A DNA stretch of 64,000 nucleotides from an uncultured Ectothiorhodospiraceae bacterium (GTDB taxonomy: Bacteria > Pseudomonadota > Gammaproteobacteria > J044): assembly GCA_964641615.1 (NCBI GenBank), contig CAZXNH010000008.1, positions 37,717 through 101,716 of the forward strand. Reading direction: 5' to 3'. Both the position numbers and the translations under genes were made by a program. The number at the start of each line of letters is the position of its first letter. Within the stretch, counting starts at the first letter, position 1. This document shows, one piece after another, positions 1-9,016 of this stretch. Under the pieces are notes generated by a model, which was not told the DNA's origin, searched no databases, and saw nothing but the letters and a program-made list of their open reading frames with translations.

Positions 1-169
1 CCGTATCACCGGGTATCTGCACATCATTGTAGGTCTGCCAGGTGGCACCTGTTTCCAGCCCTATATTCCAGTGCTGCTCTTCTGCCAGGGCGGTATTGGC
101 CATTATTTGCGAGGTGGCTAAGGCCAGGAGCAAGGCGGGAAATGCTAAAACGTTATGTGCTGTTTTCAT
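1..169 (-). CDS. N-terminal fragment of a secreted protein running off the window edge
   Basis: Reverse-complement reading from the ATG at about 167-169 gives MKTAHNVLAFPALLLALATSQIMANTALAEEQHWNIGLETGATWQTYNDVQIPGDT, a signal-peptide-like N-terminus. It is truncated by the window start and is not in the ORF track because it is shorter than 60 aa. Confidence 0.3.
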   Translation of the reverse strand, partial: MKTAHNVLAFPALLLALATSQIMANTALAEEQHWNIGLETGATWQTYNDVQIPGDT

Positions 170-542
170 TGTCGAGTTCATTTCAGGGGCAGACATATGG
201 TGACCATATTAATGACTTACCAGCGTTGGACAAAAGTAGACATTAACATCATTCCCTGGATTTTCTACCCCAGATTCCCAGAGCTAATTCCCGTGTTGAG
301 AAAAGGATTCAGAATTTGCAGCAGAGATGCTGCATAAGAACGATGCCGTTGCGCAAATTAAAGGACCCTAAGGGTAAGGTCACCGGGGCAGTATGCTGTC
401 AGGCACATCCATGCGCCTTACCCCGAAGGGCTTACCTGATTTGTGTTCCAGACATGTTATTCCCGGAGAGGATTTATTGAACAGGCTAGAAAAGTGAATG
501 TTCTAGCTGGCTTAACTGGCGAACGAAAAAATGTAAGTCAAT

Positions 543-2081
543 TTATAGCTGACTCTCCGGCAGTATCCTCGACAGGAAGGCCTTAAAGCGGGTCCAGGCA
601 CCAGCCTGTGGTTCTCCCTTTTCGATAACTTCTACACCATCGATAATGCCAATCCATCGTAGGCTGCCATCTTCGGCCTCGATGACCCTATAGGACCTTT
701 CTTGCAATGTTTCAAAAAAAGGCTCTGCGATTTGTTGAGACATATCAGCTGATTTGATCAGAACGCCCATCTCGGTGTTGATGTCTATTGAGCGCGGATC
801 AAGATTGAGGGAGCCAATAAAGAGTAGTTTTCTATCGACCATGATGGCCTTGGTATGCAGCGTCGCGGTTTCGAACGCCTCTGTATCCGTATCTTTCGTG
901 GTTGTGGCGTCGACGCGCATCTCGCGGAGTTCCACGCCGATATCAATCAGGCGATGACGGTAGCGAGCATAGGCAGCATGCACGGGAATATGGTTGTTCG
1001 AGGCCAGCGAATTGGTCAGCATGATTACGCGGACATCGTTGTCGATTACTTCCTCCCAGAAATCCATGCCTGTATCTCCGGGGATCAGGTAGGGAGTGAC
1101 TACAATGACCTCGTCCTGTGCGTTCATGATGACTTGAGCCATACGAGTGACCAGCTTCTGGTGGTCCTGCGATACCTTGCTCAGAAGCTTGTCAGGATCG
1201 TCGGTAATGACTTCGTAGCGGGCAGGAAACAGTGCAATGCGGTCATTGGCGATGTCCTGCAATAAATCCGTTTCAATCGCGCGTTTATAAATCGTTTCTG
1301 CCTGGTTTACTCGACCCTCAGAAACCTCCGCACGAACCTTCGCCAGGTCGAGATCTTTATTGCCGGTGTCAAAGGCCTCTACGGGTAAGGAGAGTTCGTG
1401 ATTCCAGAAGCGGTCAAAGGTTTTGGCGATATCACTGGCAACAGGGCCAAAACACAGCATGTCGGCGTCACGAAATTCTTCACCAGCCATGAGCTCGAAG
1501 TATTCCGCGGCAATATTTCGTCCCCCGACAATACTGACCTGGTTGTCAATCGTGAAGGACTTGTTGTGCATGCGCCGGTTGGCACGATCGAAGTCGGCCA
1601 GGTAGTTGAGCCAGAAGGATGCTCCGCCACGGCCCACAGGGTTAAACAGGCGCATCTCGATATTTGGATGCTGGTTCAGCAGCAAGAAGATATCGTCATC
1701 AACCGTAGTAAAGACATCATCAAGCAACAGGCGTACCCGTACCCCGCGATCTGCGGCCTCGAGTAGTTTGCCGACAAACACCGTGCCGGCCATGTCATGT
1801 TTCATCAGGAAATACTGGGCATCGATACTGCTTTCAGCAGCATCGATCAGGGCAAGCCTCGCACCAAGGGCATCGGTGCCATTAAGCAAGGGGTAAAACC
1901 CTGAGGTGCCCGGGTGTTTTTTTTGCCAGTCAGCAGCAGCCTTCCCCAGGGTTGTATCCCGGGTGTCAGTGATGGCCTCACTGGGTGTGCGTGGATAATC
2001 AATCGGTGCAGTTGCGCAGCCAGTGAACAGCCCTGCTGTTAATGGCAGCGTAATACAGAACCGGATTAGTGATTTATTCAA
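543..2081 (-). CDS. Phospholipase D family lipoprotein (cardiolipin synthase-like) with two HKD motifs
   Basis: 512 aa. Lipoprotein signal MNKSLIRFCITLPLTAGLFTGC. Two HxKxxxxD motifs (HNKSFTIDNQVSIVGGRN and HTKAIMVDRKLLFIGSLNLDPRS), typical of the PLD/Cls superfamily. Confidence 0.85.
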   Translation of the reverse strand: MNKSLIRFCITLPLTAGLFTGCATAPIDYPRTPSEAITDTRDTTLGKAAADWQKKHPGTSGFYPLLNGTDALGARLALIDAAESSIDAQYFLMKHDMAGTVFVGKLLEAADRGVRVRLLLDDVFTTVDDDIFLLLNQHPNIEMRLFNPVGRGGASFWLNYLADFDRANRRMHNKSFTIDNQVSIVGGRNIAAEYFELMAGEEFRDADMLCFGPVASDIAKTFDRFWNHELSLPVEAFDTGNKDLDLAKVRAEVSEGRVNQAETIYKRAIETDLLQDIANDRIALFPARYEVITDDPDKLLSKVSQDHQKLVTRMAQVIMNAQDEVIVVTPYLIPGDTGMDFWEEVIDNDVRVIMLTNSLASNNHIPVHAAYARYRHRLIDIGVELREMRVDATTTKDTDTEAFETATLHTKAIMVDRKLLFIGSLNLDPRSIDINTEMGVLIKSADMSQQIAEPFFETLQERSYRVIEAEDGSLRWIGIIDGVEVIEKGEPQAGAWTRFKAFLSRILPESQL

Positions 2082-2162
2082 GTTGTGCTCCAGTCCCCGA
2101 GCTTAGGTGAAAGTGCTTAAAAAGAACCTGTGATTTAAGTATAGCCTCAGGACTCTCATCAT

Positions 2163-2190
2163 AAAAAAGCCCCTCAACGTTCTGAGGGGC
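2163..2190 (-). terminator. Rho-independent terminator downstream of dsbD
   Basis: On the minus strand, GCCCCTCAGAACGTTGAGGGGC is followed by TTTTTT. On the plus strand this is an A-run followed by gcccctca..tgaggggc. It sits between the dsbD stop and the start of the PLD gene. Confidence 0.7.
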
Positions 2191-2222
2191 TTCTTGATTA
2201 CGACAATGATGATTATCCGCGC

Positions 2223-4487
2223 TTAGCCTGGGCTGCGCACCTTCTTAACATGGGCCACAAACTCATCCGCAGGCTTAAAGCCGACCAGTCTATAGTTGCG
2301 TTTCTCGAAACCAGCCTGGTCAAAGAACAGAATGGCTGGCGGTCCAATCAAGCCAAACGCACCGAGCACGGCCTGGTCATCAGCATTGTTCTTTGTAACG
2401 TCGATCTTGAGCAGTACAACGCCTTCCAGTGCTTCGTGCACCTCGGGTTTAGAGAAAGTGAATCTCTCCATTTCCTTGCAGGAGATACACCAGTCGGCAT
2501 AGAAGTCGAGCATGACAAACTGACGATTCTGGCGCGCCTGTTCAACTTCGCGCTCGAGATCGGCCATGGTGCTGATCATCTTGAAGTCGAGCTTCTCATC
2601 TTTAACGGCTACAGCTCCGCCTGAGCCGCCACCCATACCTTTCAGAGGCTGGAAGACATCGCCTTTACCAGCCGCACCGCCAATCATGAGCAGGGCACCC
2701 CAGATCAGCAGGACGACACCGACACCTTTCCAGAGTTTCATCCAGCCTGAGGCCTGTTCCTTAATCGGATCAAGCGCGCCCATGTAGATGGCAGAGATGA
2801 TCAGCAGTACCGACCACAGCAACATGGTGACCGTTGCCGGTATGACACGCTCAATGAGCCAGATGGCAACACCGATGAGGAGAACCCCAAACACGGCCTT
2901 GGTGGCATCCATCCAGGCGCCTGCTCTTGGCAGGAGCTTGCCGGCTGAGGTGCCAAGCAATAGCAGTGGTGCGCCCATGCCCATGCTCAGGAAGAACAGG
3001 GCGGCACCGCCGAGCACGGCATCACCGGTCTGACCGATATAAATAAGGGCGCCGATCAGCGGTGCGGTTACACAGGGCCCAACAATCAGTGCGGACAGGA
3101 AGCCCATGACGCCGGCACCAGTCAGACTGCCGCTCTTCTGCTTGTTGCTGACCTCAGAAAGACGACTCTGAATGGCATTAGGCATCTGTAGTTCATAGAA
3201 GCCGAACATGGACAGGGACAACAGCACGAATATCGCCGCGAATACACCCAGTACCCAGGGATTCTGGAACCAGACCTGGATGTTGGCGCCGAACAGGCCT
3301 GCCAGTACACCAGCAACGGTATAGGTGGCCGCCATTGCCAGCACATAGGCCAGTGACAGCATGAAGGCACGCTTGGTAGAAATCTCTTTACCCTGTCCAA
3401 CAATGATGCCGGACAGTATCGGAATCATGGGGAATACACACGGCGTGAAAGCCAGTAGCAGACCCAGGCCAAAGAAAGTTAACAGCGTCAGGGCAGTATT
3501 GCCTGAGGCGAGTTTGCCAGCCAGTTCATCTTGTTCTGAAACAGGTTCGTCCACAGCGGTGGCAGCTGTCTGAGCAGGCGTCGTTTCTACAGGAGTGCTC
3601 GCTGCTGCCAGGCCAGCTAGGTTGACAGGTAGTTCTTCATGCATAGGTGGATAACAAACACCCAGTGCACCGTTGCATCCCTGGTAGTCGAGGGCCAGGG
3701 TGAGCTTGTCACTCGCTCCCTCATCACGAATCAGCGGGATGTTGATAACCAGCTCGTTCTTATAGATCTGGGTTTCGCCAAAGATCTCGTCCTGCTGGGT
3801 GATGGATGCGGGCAGCGCAATGGGGCCTATGACATTGCCTACCGAGTCCTGCAGGTTGATGCGAATTTTGTCTTTGTACAGGTAGTAGTTTTTGGCAATG
3901 TTCCAGGTGGCACGAAGGGTATTGGCATTGATCGCTTCGACGGAAAGGGCGAAGGCCTGTTCCGGTGGCAACAGTTCTTCCTCATCAGAGCGGCTGTCGA
4001 CCGAGGCGGTCAGGTCCTTGAGCAGGGCCAGGGGGCTGGCACTTTCTGCCTGGGCAGCGGGTACAGTCAGTTCGGCATCGTAATGCTGGGGTGGGTAACA
4101 GACGCCCATGGGTTCGTTACAGCCCTGTCCCACGATATCCAGCTTGATGACCTGGCCTTCCTGCAGGCTGCCTGTCAGGGGAATCTCGGCACGAACATTC
4201 TGGTAGTAAACCTCGATCTCACCAAAGAACTCGTCGTTCTTAACCTTGCCTGCCGGGAGGCTGGGTGTACCCACTTCAACCCCCTCGGTCGCCGAGGCAA
4301 AGGAGAAATTATTGCGGTACATGTAATAGCCGTCGGCTATCTGCCATTCGGCCACAGCCGTGTTGGCATCTTTCATGGAGGTGGTAAGAGCAAAGGCCTT
4401 TTCGGGCTCGAGCAGCTCTTCCTCGGCAAATGTCATGCCGGGCAGGGTGAGCAATATCAGGAGCAGGCTGGTTAGAGTGCGCATCAT
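2223..4487 (-). CDS. dsbD: Thiol:disulfide interchange protein DsbD (protein-disulfide reductase) with a duplicated N-terminal alpha domain
   Basis: 754 aa. Signal peptide. Two tandem alpha-domain copies, each with a QGCN....GVCYPP Cys pair. TM beta domain with CVFPMIPILSG and a second Cys in the VGPCVTAPL context. C-terminal thioredoxin gamma domain with WCISCKEME. Collinear with E. coli DsbD except for the extra alpha domain. Confidence 0.9.
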   Translation of the reverse strand: MMRTLTSLLLILLTLPGMTFAEEELLEPEKAFALTTSMKDANTAVAEWQIADGYYMYRNNFSFASATEGVEVGTPSLPAGKVKNDEFFGEIEVYYQNVRAEIPLTGSLQEGQVIKLDIVGQGCNEPMGVCYPPQHYDAELTVPAAQAESASPLALLKDLTASVDSRSDEEELLPPEQAFALSVEAINANTLRATWNIAKNYYLYKDKIRINLQDSVGNVIGPIALPASITQQDEIFGETQIYKNELVINIPLIRDEGASDKLTLALDYQGCNGALGVCYPPMHEELPVNLAGLAAASTPVETTPAQTAATAVDEPVSEQDELAGKLASGNTALTLLTFFGLGLLLAFTPCVFPMIPILSGIIVGQGKEISTKRAFMLSLAYVLAMAATYTVAGVLAGLFGANIQVWFQNPWVLGVFAAIFVLLSLSMFGFYELQMPNAIQSRLSEVSNKQKSGSLTGAGVMGFLSALIVGPCVTAPLIGALIYIGQTGDAVLGGAALFFLSMGMGAPLLLLGTSAGKLLPRAGAWMDATKAVFGVLLIGVAIWLIERVIPATVTMLLWSVLLIISAIYMGALDPIKEQASGWMKLWKGVGVVLLIWGALLMIGGAAGKGDVFQPLKGMGGGSGGAVAVKDEKLDFKMISTMADLEREVEQARQNRQFVMLDFYADWCISCKEMERFTFSKPEVHEALEGVVLLKIDVTKNNADDQAVLGAFGLIGPPAILFFDQAGFEKRNYRLVGFKPADEFVAHVKKVRSPG

Positions 4488-4807
4488 TGTGTTCTCTCTA
4501 CTATCCAGTTCAGGTAATCGGGGAGACCGTGGCTTATTGGAGTCGCTATGATCTCGGGAAGTTCATACGGATGGTTTTCACGTATGGCGGCTTCGAGCCC
4601 GGGGTAGGCCTCAGCCGTCGACTTAATCAGGAGCAAATGCTCTGTGCCTTCTTCACTGGCACCTTTCCATTCATAAATAGATATCATCTGAGGCAGCAGG
4701 TTAATGCAGGCAGCCAGTTTTTCTGACACCAGCGTACGCGCCAGAATTTTTGCGCTGGTCTCGTCAGGCATGGTAGTCAGGACCAGAAGTGGCTCAGTCG
4801 TCGTCAC
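4484..4807 (-). CDS. cutA: Divalent-cation tolerance protein CutA
   Basis: 107 aa, typical CutA1 length. Its stop overlaps the dsbD start, matching the conserved cutA-dsbD pairing of enterobacteria. Confidence 0.8.
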   Translation of the reverse strand: MTTTEPLLVLTTMPDETSAKILARTLVSEKLAACINLLPQMISIYEWKGASEEGTEHLLLIKSTAEAYPGLEAAIRENHPYELPEIIATPISHGLPDYLNWIVERTQ

Positions 4808-4810
4808 AGT

Positions 4811-5332
4811 CTATTTGCCTGTAGGCGCCAGAATGATCAGTGGCGTGATGCTCATCTGGTTACTAACGGCCATGCCTGGGTAGGCCATGACTGCCCTGAT
4901 CTCACCATTGAATGGCGCCTTTAATGTGCTATATTCCAGGGCCTTGCGCGCATTGACCGAGTCTGCGCGTGCCATTTCCAGTTCAGTCTGGGCCTTGAGG
5001 TAGGTGATCTCGGCATTTTGTATATCGCGGTCAGCAAGCAGGCCTCGATCGTAGAGCTCCTCATTACGCTCATATTCACGCTGGGCCTCCATCTCGGCAA
5101 GCTCGAGCATCTCGATCCGGGCCTTACAGGCCTTGACGCGCTGTTGCAGTTGTTGCTGGTCCAGTTTCAGAAGGATGTCACCTTTTTTCACCTTTTGTCC
5201 TGATTTGACGAGTACCTGGTCAACGACTCCGGACTGGAACAGCCCCAGTTCTAGCTGCTTCTGATCAGCGGCATCCTCGGCGAAAAGCGGGGCTGTGCTG
5301 AGTGCCAGTATCAGGATCAGTATTTTTTTCAT
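4811..5332 (-). CDS. Short periplasmic adaptor-like protein (biotin/lipoyl half-domains plus coiled-coil hairpin only)
   Basis: 173 aa. Signal peptide MKKILILILALSTAPLFA. N-terminal lipoyl half VVDQVLVKSGQKVKKGDILLKLD. Long heptad-like coiled coil. C-terminal lipoyl half LKAPFNGEIRAV. No beta-barrel or membrane-proximal domains that a full HlyD/RND adaptor would have. Its stop overlaps the start of the TolC-like gene. Confidence 0.6.
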   Translation of the reverse strand: MKKILILILALSTAPLFAEDAADQKQLELGLFQSGVVDQVLVKSGQKVKKGDILLKLDQQQLQQRVKACKARIEMLELAEMEAQREYERNEELYDRGLLADRDIQNAEITYLKAQTELEMARADSVNARKALEYSTLKAPFNGEIRAVMAYPGMAVSNQMSITPLIILAPTGK

Positions 5333-6630
5333 GGCGTTGCCTCTTTAGCATCATCTGACACGCTATCCGATTCCATGGGTGCCTGGCCCAGCAAGATGTC
5401 GAGCTGGGCCCAGGCCAGGGCCAGCTGGAACTCTGTACGTAGACTGAGCAGGCGGGCCTCGGTCTGGCGAGCCATGGCATCTCCGATATCGGCCTTTGCC
5501 TCCATTTCATACAGGGTGCGGCTTCTATCCAGATATAGATCGCGGTAATCGGTTTGTGTAAAGGCCTGTTCGCGTTGTGCGACCAGTGTCTGGATGGTCT
5601 GCCAGGTCGTCAGGATGTCCTGACGAATATTGAATTCCTCGGCCTTATACTCAGCCTGATAGCGCATGAAATCAGCCTGTTCAGAGGCAACATCGGCATT
5701 TACACGGTCGCCGGTATAGATGGGGATATCGAGTAGTACACCAGCAGTAAAAGGGTTGCGTGAACCAAACTCGCGATTGTAGTAGCTGGCCTGCAACTCG
5801 CCGGTCAACACCGGGTAGTTCTTGTTGCGGCTGGCATCCATGCGGTAGCGAGCCGCTTCTATTTCAACGCTCAGTGCCTTCATTTTCAGGTTGTTTGCCA
5901 GGGCCAGGTCGACAAGTTCCTCGTATTCAGGCAGGGGACGGTCGTTATCAGCAAGCTCAGGCAGTTCAAGATCGCTGGGCAGGTCATTGGGCCGGTTCAG
6001 GGCCTGGGCCAGCAGGGAGCGGGTGGCGCGCTGAAGGGTTTCAGCACGATAGCGTTTCATACGTATAGCCTGATATTCATTTTCCAGCTTCATCAGGTCA
6101 ACATCGGATTTTTTACCAAGGGCATTCTCTTCGCGGGCGCGATCAACCGTGACATAAGCCACGGCCATATCTTCGTTCTGTACCGCGAATTCAATATCGG
6201 AGAGCAACACGTTGAAATAACGCTGGATGATGTTCAGGCGCATGCGATTGCGCGCGTCCTGGTAAAAAAGTTCCTTGGCCTGTGTACTTAATTCAGCGGC
6301 TTCCAGCAGGCTCGAGGTCTGACCAAAGTCATACAGGCGTTTGCTGACCGTGAAATGGGCCTGACTATCGTTTCGGTCCTGGGGGGCGATATCCGGCGGA
6401 ATGACATAATTGGGGAATAAAAGCAGGCGGACATCGATATCATCATCACCCGAGGCCTGGAGTCCGAGTGCCCGGGTCTTGTCGAGTTCGGCCAGGCGTA
6501 GCTGGATTTCCGGGTGGGTGTTGTCAGCCAGTTCCAGCGCAACATCCAGGGTTAATGGATTGGGAAGTGGTTCACTTGCCTGTGACGGGCATGCCAGTGC
6601 CAGAAATATGAGTGGGAAAAACCAGCGCAT
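5329..6630 (-). CDS. TolC-family outer membrane efflux protein (OMF)
   Basis: 433 aa with signal peptide. Composition and length typical of OMF/TolC proteins, with repeated helical and beta segments. Precedes the mini adaptor on the same strand with a 4-nt overlap. Confidence 0.75.
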   Translation of the reverse strand: MRWFFPLIFLALACPSQASEPLPNPLTLDVALELADNTHPEIQLRLAELDKTRALGLQASGDDDIDVRLLLFPNYVIPPDIAPQDRNDSQAHFTVSKRLYDFGQTSSLLEAAELSTQAKELFYQDARNRMRLNIIQRYFNVLLSDIEFAVQNEDMAVAYVTVDRAREENALGKKSDVDLMKLENEYQAIRMKRYRAETLQRATRSLLAQALNRPNDLPSDLELPELADNDRPLPEYEELVDLALANNLKMKALSVEIEAARYRMDASRNKNYPVLTGELQASYYNREFGSRNPFTAGVLLDIPIYTGDRVNADVASEQADFMRYQAEYKAEEFNIRQDILTTWQTIQTLVAQREQAFTQTDYRDLYLDRSRTLYEMEAKADIGDAMARQTEARLLSLRTEFQLALAWAQLDILLGQAPMESDSVSDDAKEATP

Positions 6631-6633
6631 AGC

Positions 6634-7179
6634 TTACTTTTTCTGGGCTTCCAGGCGTTTTTCGCGCTTATAGCGGCTGAACTTGGTTTCGTTATAGGCT
6701 TTTGTGACGATGAATTCGCCCATCCACATGAATTCCTCGGGGTTGGCGGTTGCCCCTGTATATTTGAAGACCTTGTTGCCTTCCAGGTCGAAGAAGGCCA
6801 GAACCGGGGTCGCGCGGACACGGTGTTTCTTGAGGGAGAAGTCCTTGGCCTTCATGCTGGTGCCGTCAAAATCCACAACCTCGACATCACCCTCGATATC
6901 AACAGAAAAGATGCGAAAGTGTTCGCGGAAATAGTCCTGAACTTCAACCTGGTTAACGACGGTGGTCTTCATGCGATGACAGAAGGGGCATTCATCCATT
7001 TCAAAAAAGAGGAGGATGCCGCTTTTACCTTCTTCACGAGCTATTTCCAGCTCTTCCTGAAAATCACCGAAGGTTTCCTGGAAGAAGTGTTCCTGGGGAT
7101 CGCGTGTCTGGGACGCGATAGCTGTGCCGGCTAAAAAGGCGCCAAGCAGGAATAATGTTGGGATTCGTACGAGCCACAT
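6634..7179 (-). CDS. Periplasmic thioredoxin-fold protein with a CPFC active site
   Basis: 181 aa with signal peptide. ILLFFEMDECPFCHRM is a thioredoxin-like CxxC in the right sequence context. First gene of the minus-strand cluster ending at dsbD. Confidence 0.7.
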   Translation of the reverse strand: MWLVRIPTLFLLGAFLAGTAIASQTRDPQEHFFQETFGDFQEELEIAREEGKSGILLFFEMDECPFCHRMKTTVVNQVEVQDYFREHFRIFSVDIEGDVEVVDFDGTSMKAKDFSLKKHRVRATPVLAFFDLEGNKVFKYTGATANPEEFMWMGEFIVTKAYNETKFSRYKREKRLEAQKK

Positions 7180-7364
7180 GTTGTTGTCCTCTATCGTGGC
7201 CTCTGGCAGGGCATTATTATGTTTTTATCAGGTCATAATAGACAAGGCCGCCGATACTGCCAAGGGGTTTGTATTAAATATGAATATTTCACCTTTCTGG
7301 CTTGTTTCTCCATGATGTAGACCTCATATCTAATATTTAATTTCATTCATATCTCAGGTGACAC

Positions 7365-7811
7365 GTGCCCTTGGGCTTCATACTTCTTACGGGCTTTTTG
7401 CTCGAAATCTTCATGTTGGTCGCGGTCGGTTCCCAGATTGGCGCCCTGTTGACCGTAGTCTGGGTCATTCTTAGCGCCATGATTGGCATGACCATGATGC
7501 AGGACGGCAGCCGCCGTGCTGTATTGGGTATGCAACATGTTCAGGCTGCTGCAGGTGAGGACCCCGGGCTAGCCCAGGTGCGGATTTTTGCCAATTCCAC
7601 CATCCTGATGTTTGGCGGTATCCTGCTCCTGCTGCCGGGCTTTATCACTGATGCCATAGGCCTGTTTACACTAATTCCCCCCGTCAGGGCCCTGATGATC
7701 CGTTCCTGGACCCATAGCGCGCACTGGAAGGTCTACGCTACCGGTCATGGTTATGCCGAGCGTGATGTTCAGCGCGTTATTGAAGGTGAGTATCGTCGTA
7801 CTGATGATTAG
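7365..7811 (+). CDS. fxsA: FxsA family cytoplasmic membrane protein
   Basis: 148 aa with a GTG start. N-terminal two-TM region (LLTGFLLEIFMLVAVGSQIGALLTVVWVIL) and overall layout match FxsA. Confidence 0.7.
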   Translation: MPLGFILLTGFLLEIFMLVAVGSQIGALLTVVWVILSAMIGMTMMQDGSRRAVLGMQHVQAAAGEDPGLAQVRIFANSTILMFGGILLLLPGFITDAIGLFTLIPPVRALMIRSWTHSAHWKVYATGHGYAERDVQRVIEGEYRRTDD

Positions 7812-7865
7812 CGGATGCGAACAGGTTAGAATTCGCTCCATCTAATAAACCCCGTTTGTCAGAGG

Positions 7866-9014
7866 ATGTCCATGTCTGTTCGATTTTTATCAGCGTTGTA
7901 TGCCTTTTTCTTCCTGTTTGCAGCAACTGCCCATGCTGCCCCCCTGCCTGTCCCTGCAGCACCTGAGCTGGGAGCTACAAGTTATTTACTGATGGATTTT
8001 GATAGTGGTGAGGTTATAGCCCAGAAGAACGGTGACTCTTCTGTAGAACCAGCCAGTATTACCAAGATGATGACGGCTTATATCCTGTACCGGGAACTCG
8101 AGAACGGTCGCATCTCTAAAGATGACGAGGTCCTGATCAGCGAGAAGGCCTGGCGCATGGAAGGCTCACGTATGTTTGTTGAAGTCGGCAAGACCGTGCT
8201 GCTGTCAGACCTGCTCAAGGGCATGATCATCCAGTCAGGTAACGATGCCACGGTTGCTCTGGCAGAACACGTAGCAGGTACTGAGGCAGCCTTCGTCGAT
8301 ATGATGAATGCTCAGGCGCGCGCCCTGGGTATGAATCAGACTTATTACGAAAACGTCACGGGCTGGCCTTCTGAGAACCATACCAGTACAGCCCGGGATA
8401 TTGCCTTACTGGCACAGGCGCTGATCCGCGATTTCCCTGAGTATTACAAGCTCTATTCCGAAAAGGAATTTACTTACAACAACATCAAGCAGTACAACCG
8501 TAACAAGCTATTGTGGCGTGATGAAAGCGTGGATGGTGTGAAAACAGGGCATACCGAATCCGCGGGTTATTGCCTGGTGTCATCAGCCGAGCGTACTGGT
8601 ATGCGTCTGATCGCAGTAGTGCTGGGCACCGAAAGTGAAAAAGCCCGTATTGCGGACAGCAAGGCCCTGCTCAATTATGGCTTCCGCTTCTTCGAGACAA
8701 ACAAGCTGTATGCCGCCGGTCAGAAACTGACCGATGTGCGCGTCTGGTATGGAGAGCCCGAACAGATCGGTGCTGGCCCTGTAGAAGATATCTTTATCAC
8801 CGTACCGCGTGGGCAGTACGATAAACTGACTGCAGAAATGGAAATCGAAGCCAGTGTCGAGGCTCCGGTAGAAAAGGGCCAGGAACTGGGCGAAGTCATC
8901 GTCAGTCTTGAGGGCGATGTAAAGCTGAAGAGACCTCTGGTCGGCCTCGAATCTTCGGATGAAGGTGGTGTGATGACCTGGGTACGTGATTCAGTACTTC
9001 AGATGTTTGAATAG
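7866..9014 (+). CDS. dacA: D-alanyl-D-alanine carboxypeptidase (PBP5/6 family)
   Basis: 382 aa with signal peptide. SITKMM (SxxK) active-site motif. The position upstream of ybeD-lipB-lipA matches the conserved dacA/dacC locus. Confidence 0.9.
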   Translation: MSMSVRFLSALYAFFFLFAATAHAAPLPVPAAPELGATSYLLMDFDSGEVIAQKNGDSSVEPASITKMMTAYILYRELENGRISKDDEVLISEKAWRMEGSRMFVEVGKTVLLSDLLKGMIIQSGNDATVALAEHVAGTEAAFVDMMNAQARALGMNQTYYENVTGWPSENHTSTARDIALLAQALIRDFPEYYKLYSEKEFTYNNIKQYNRNKLLWRDESVDGVKTGHTESAGYCLVSSAERTGMRLIAVVLGTESEKARIADSKALLNYGFRFFETNKLYAAGQKLTDVRVWYGEPEQIGAGPVEDIFITVPRGQYDKLTAEMEIEASVEAPVEKGQELGEVIVSLEGDVKLKRPLVGLESSDEGGVMTWVRDSVLQMFE

Positions 9015-9016
9015 GC

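Noticed and set aside
155-337. 60-aa ORF at the window start
   Set aside because: No recognisable features. It overlaps the likely promoter/5' region of the minus-strand partial gene (1-169) and is probably noise.
3639-4475. 278-aa ORF on the plus strand antisense to dsbD, plus several other long antisense ORFs (for example 58474-59760 inside nrdA, 47106-47816, 53108-53536 and 57030-57473)
   Set aside because: They lie entirely inside strongly supported genes on the opposite strand. Their low-complexity Gly/Val/Ala-rich translations are typical of antisense frames in GC-biased coding DNA. They have no start context or domains.
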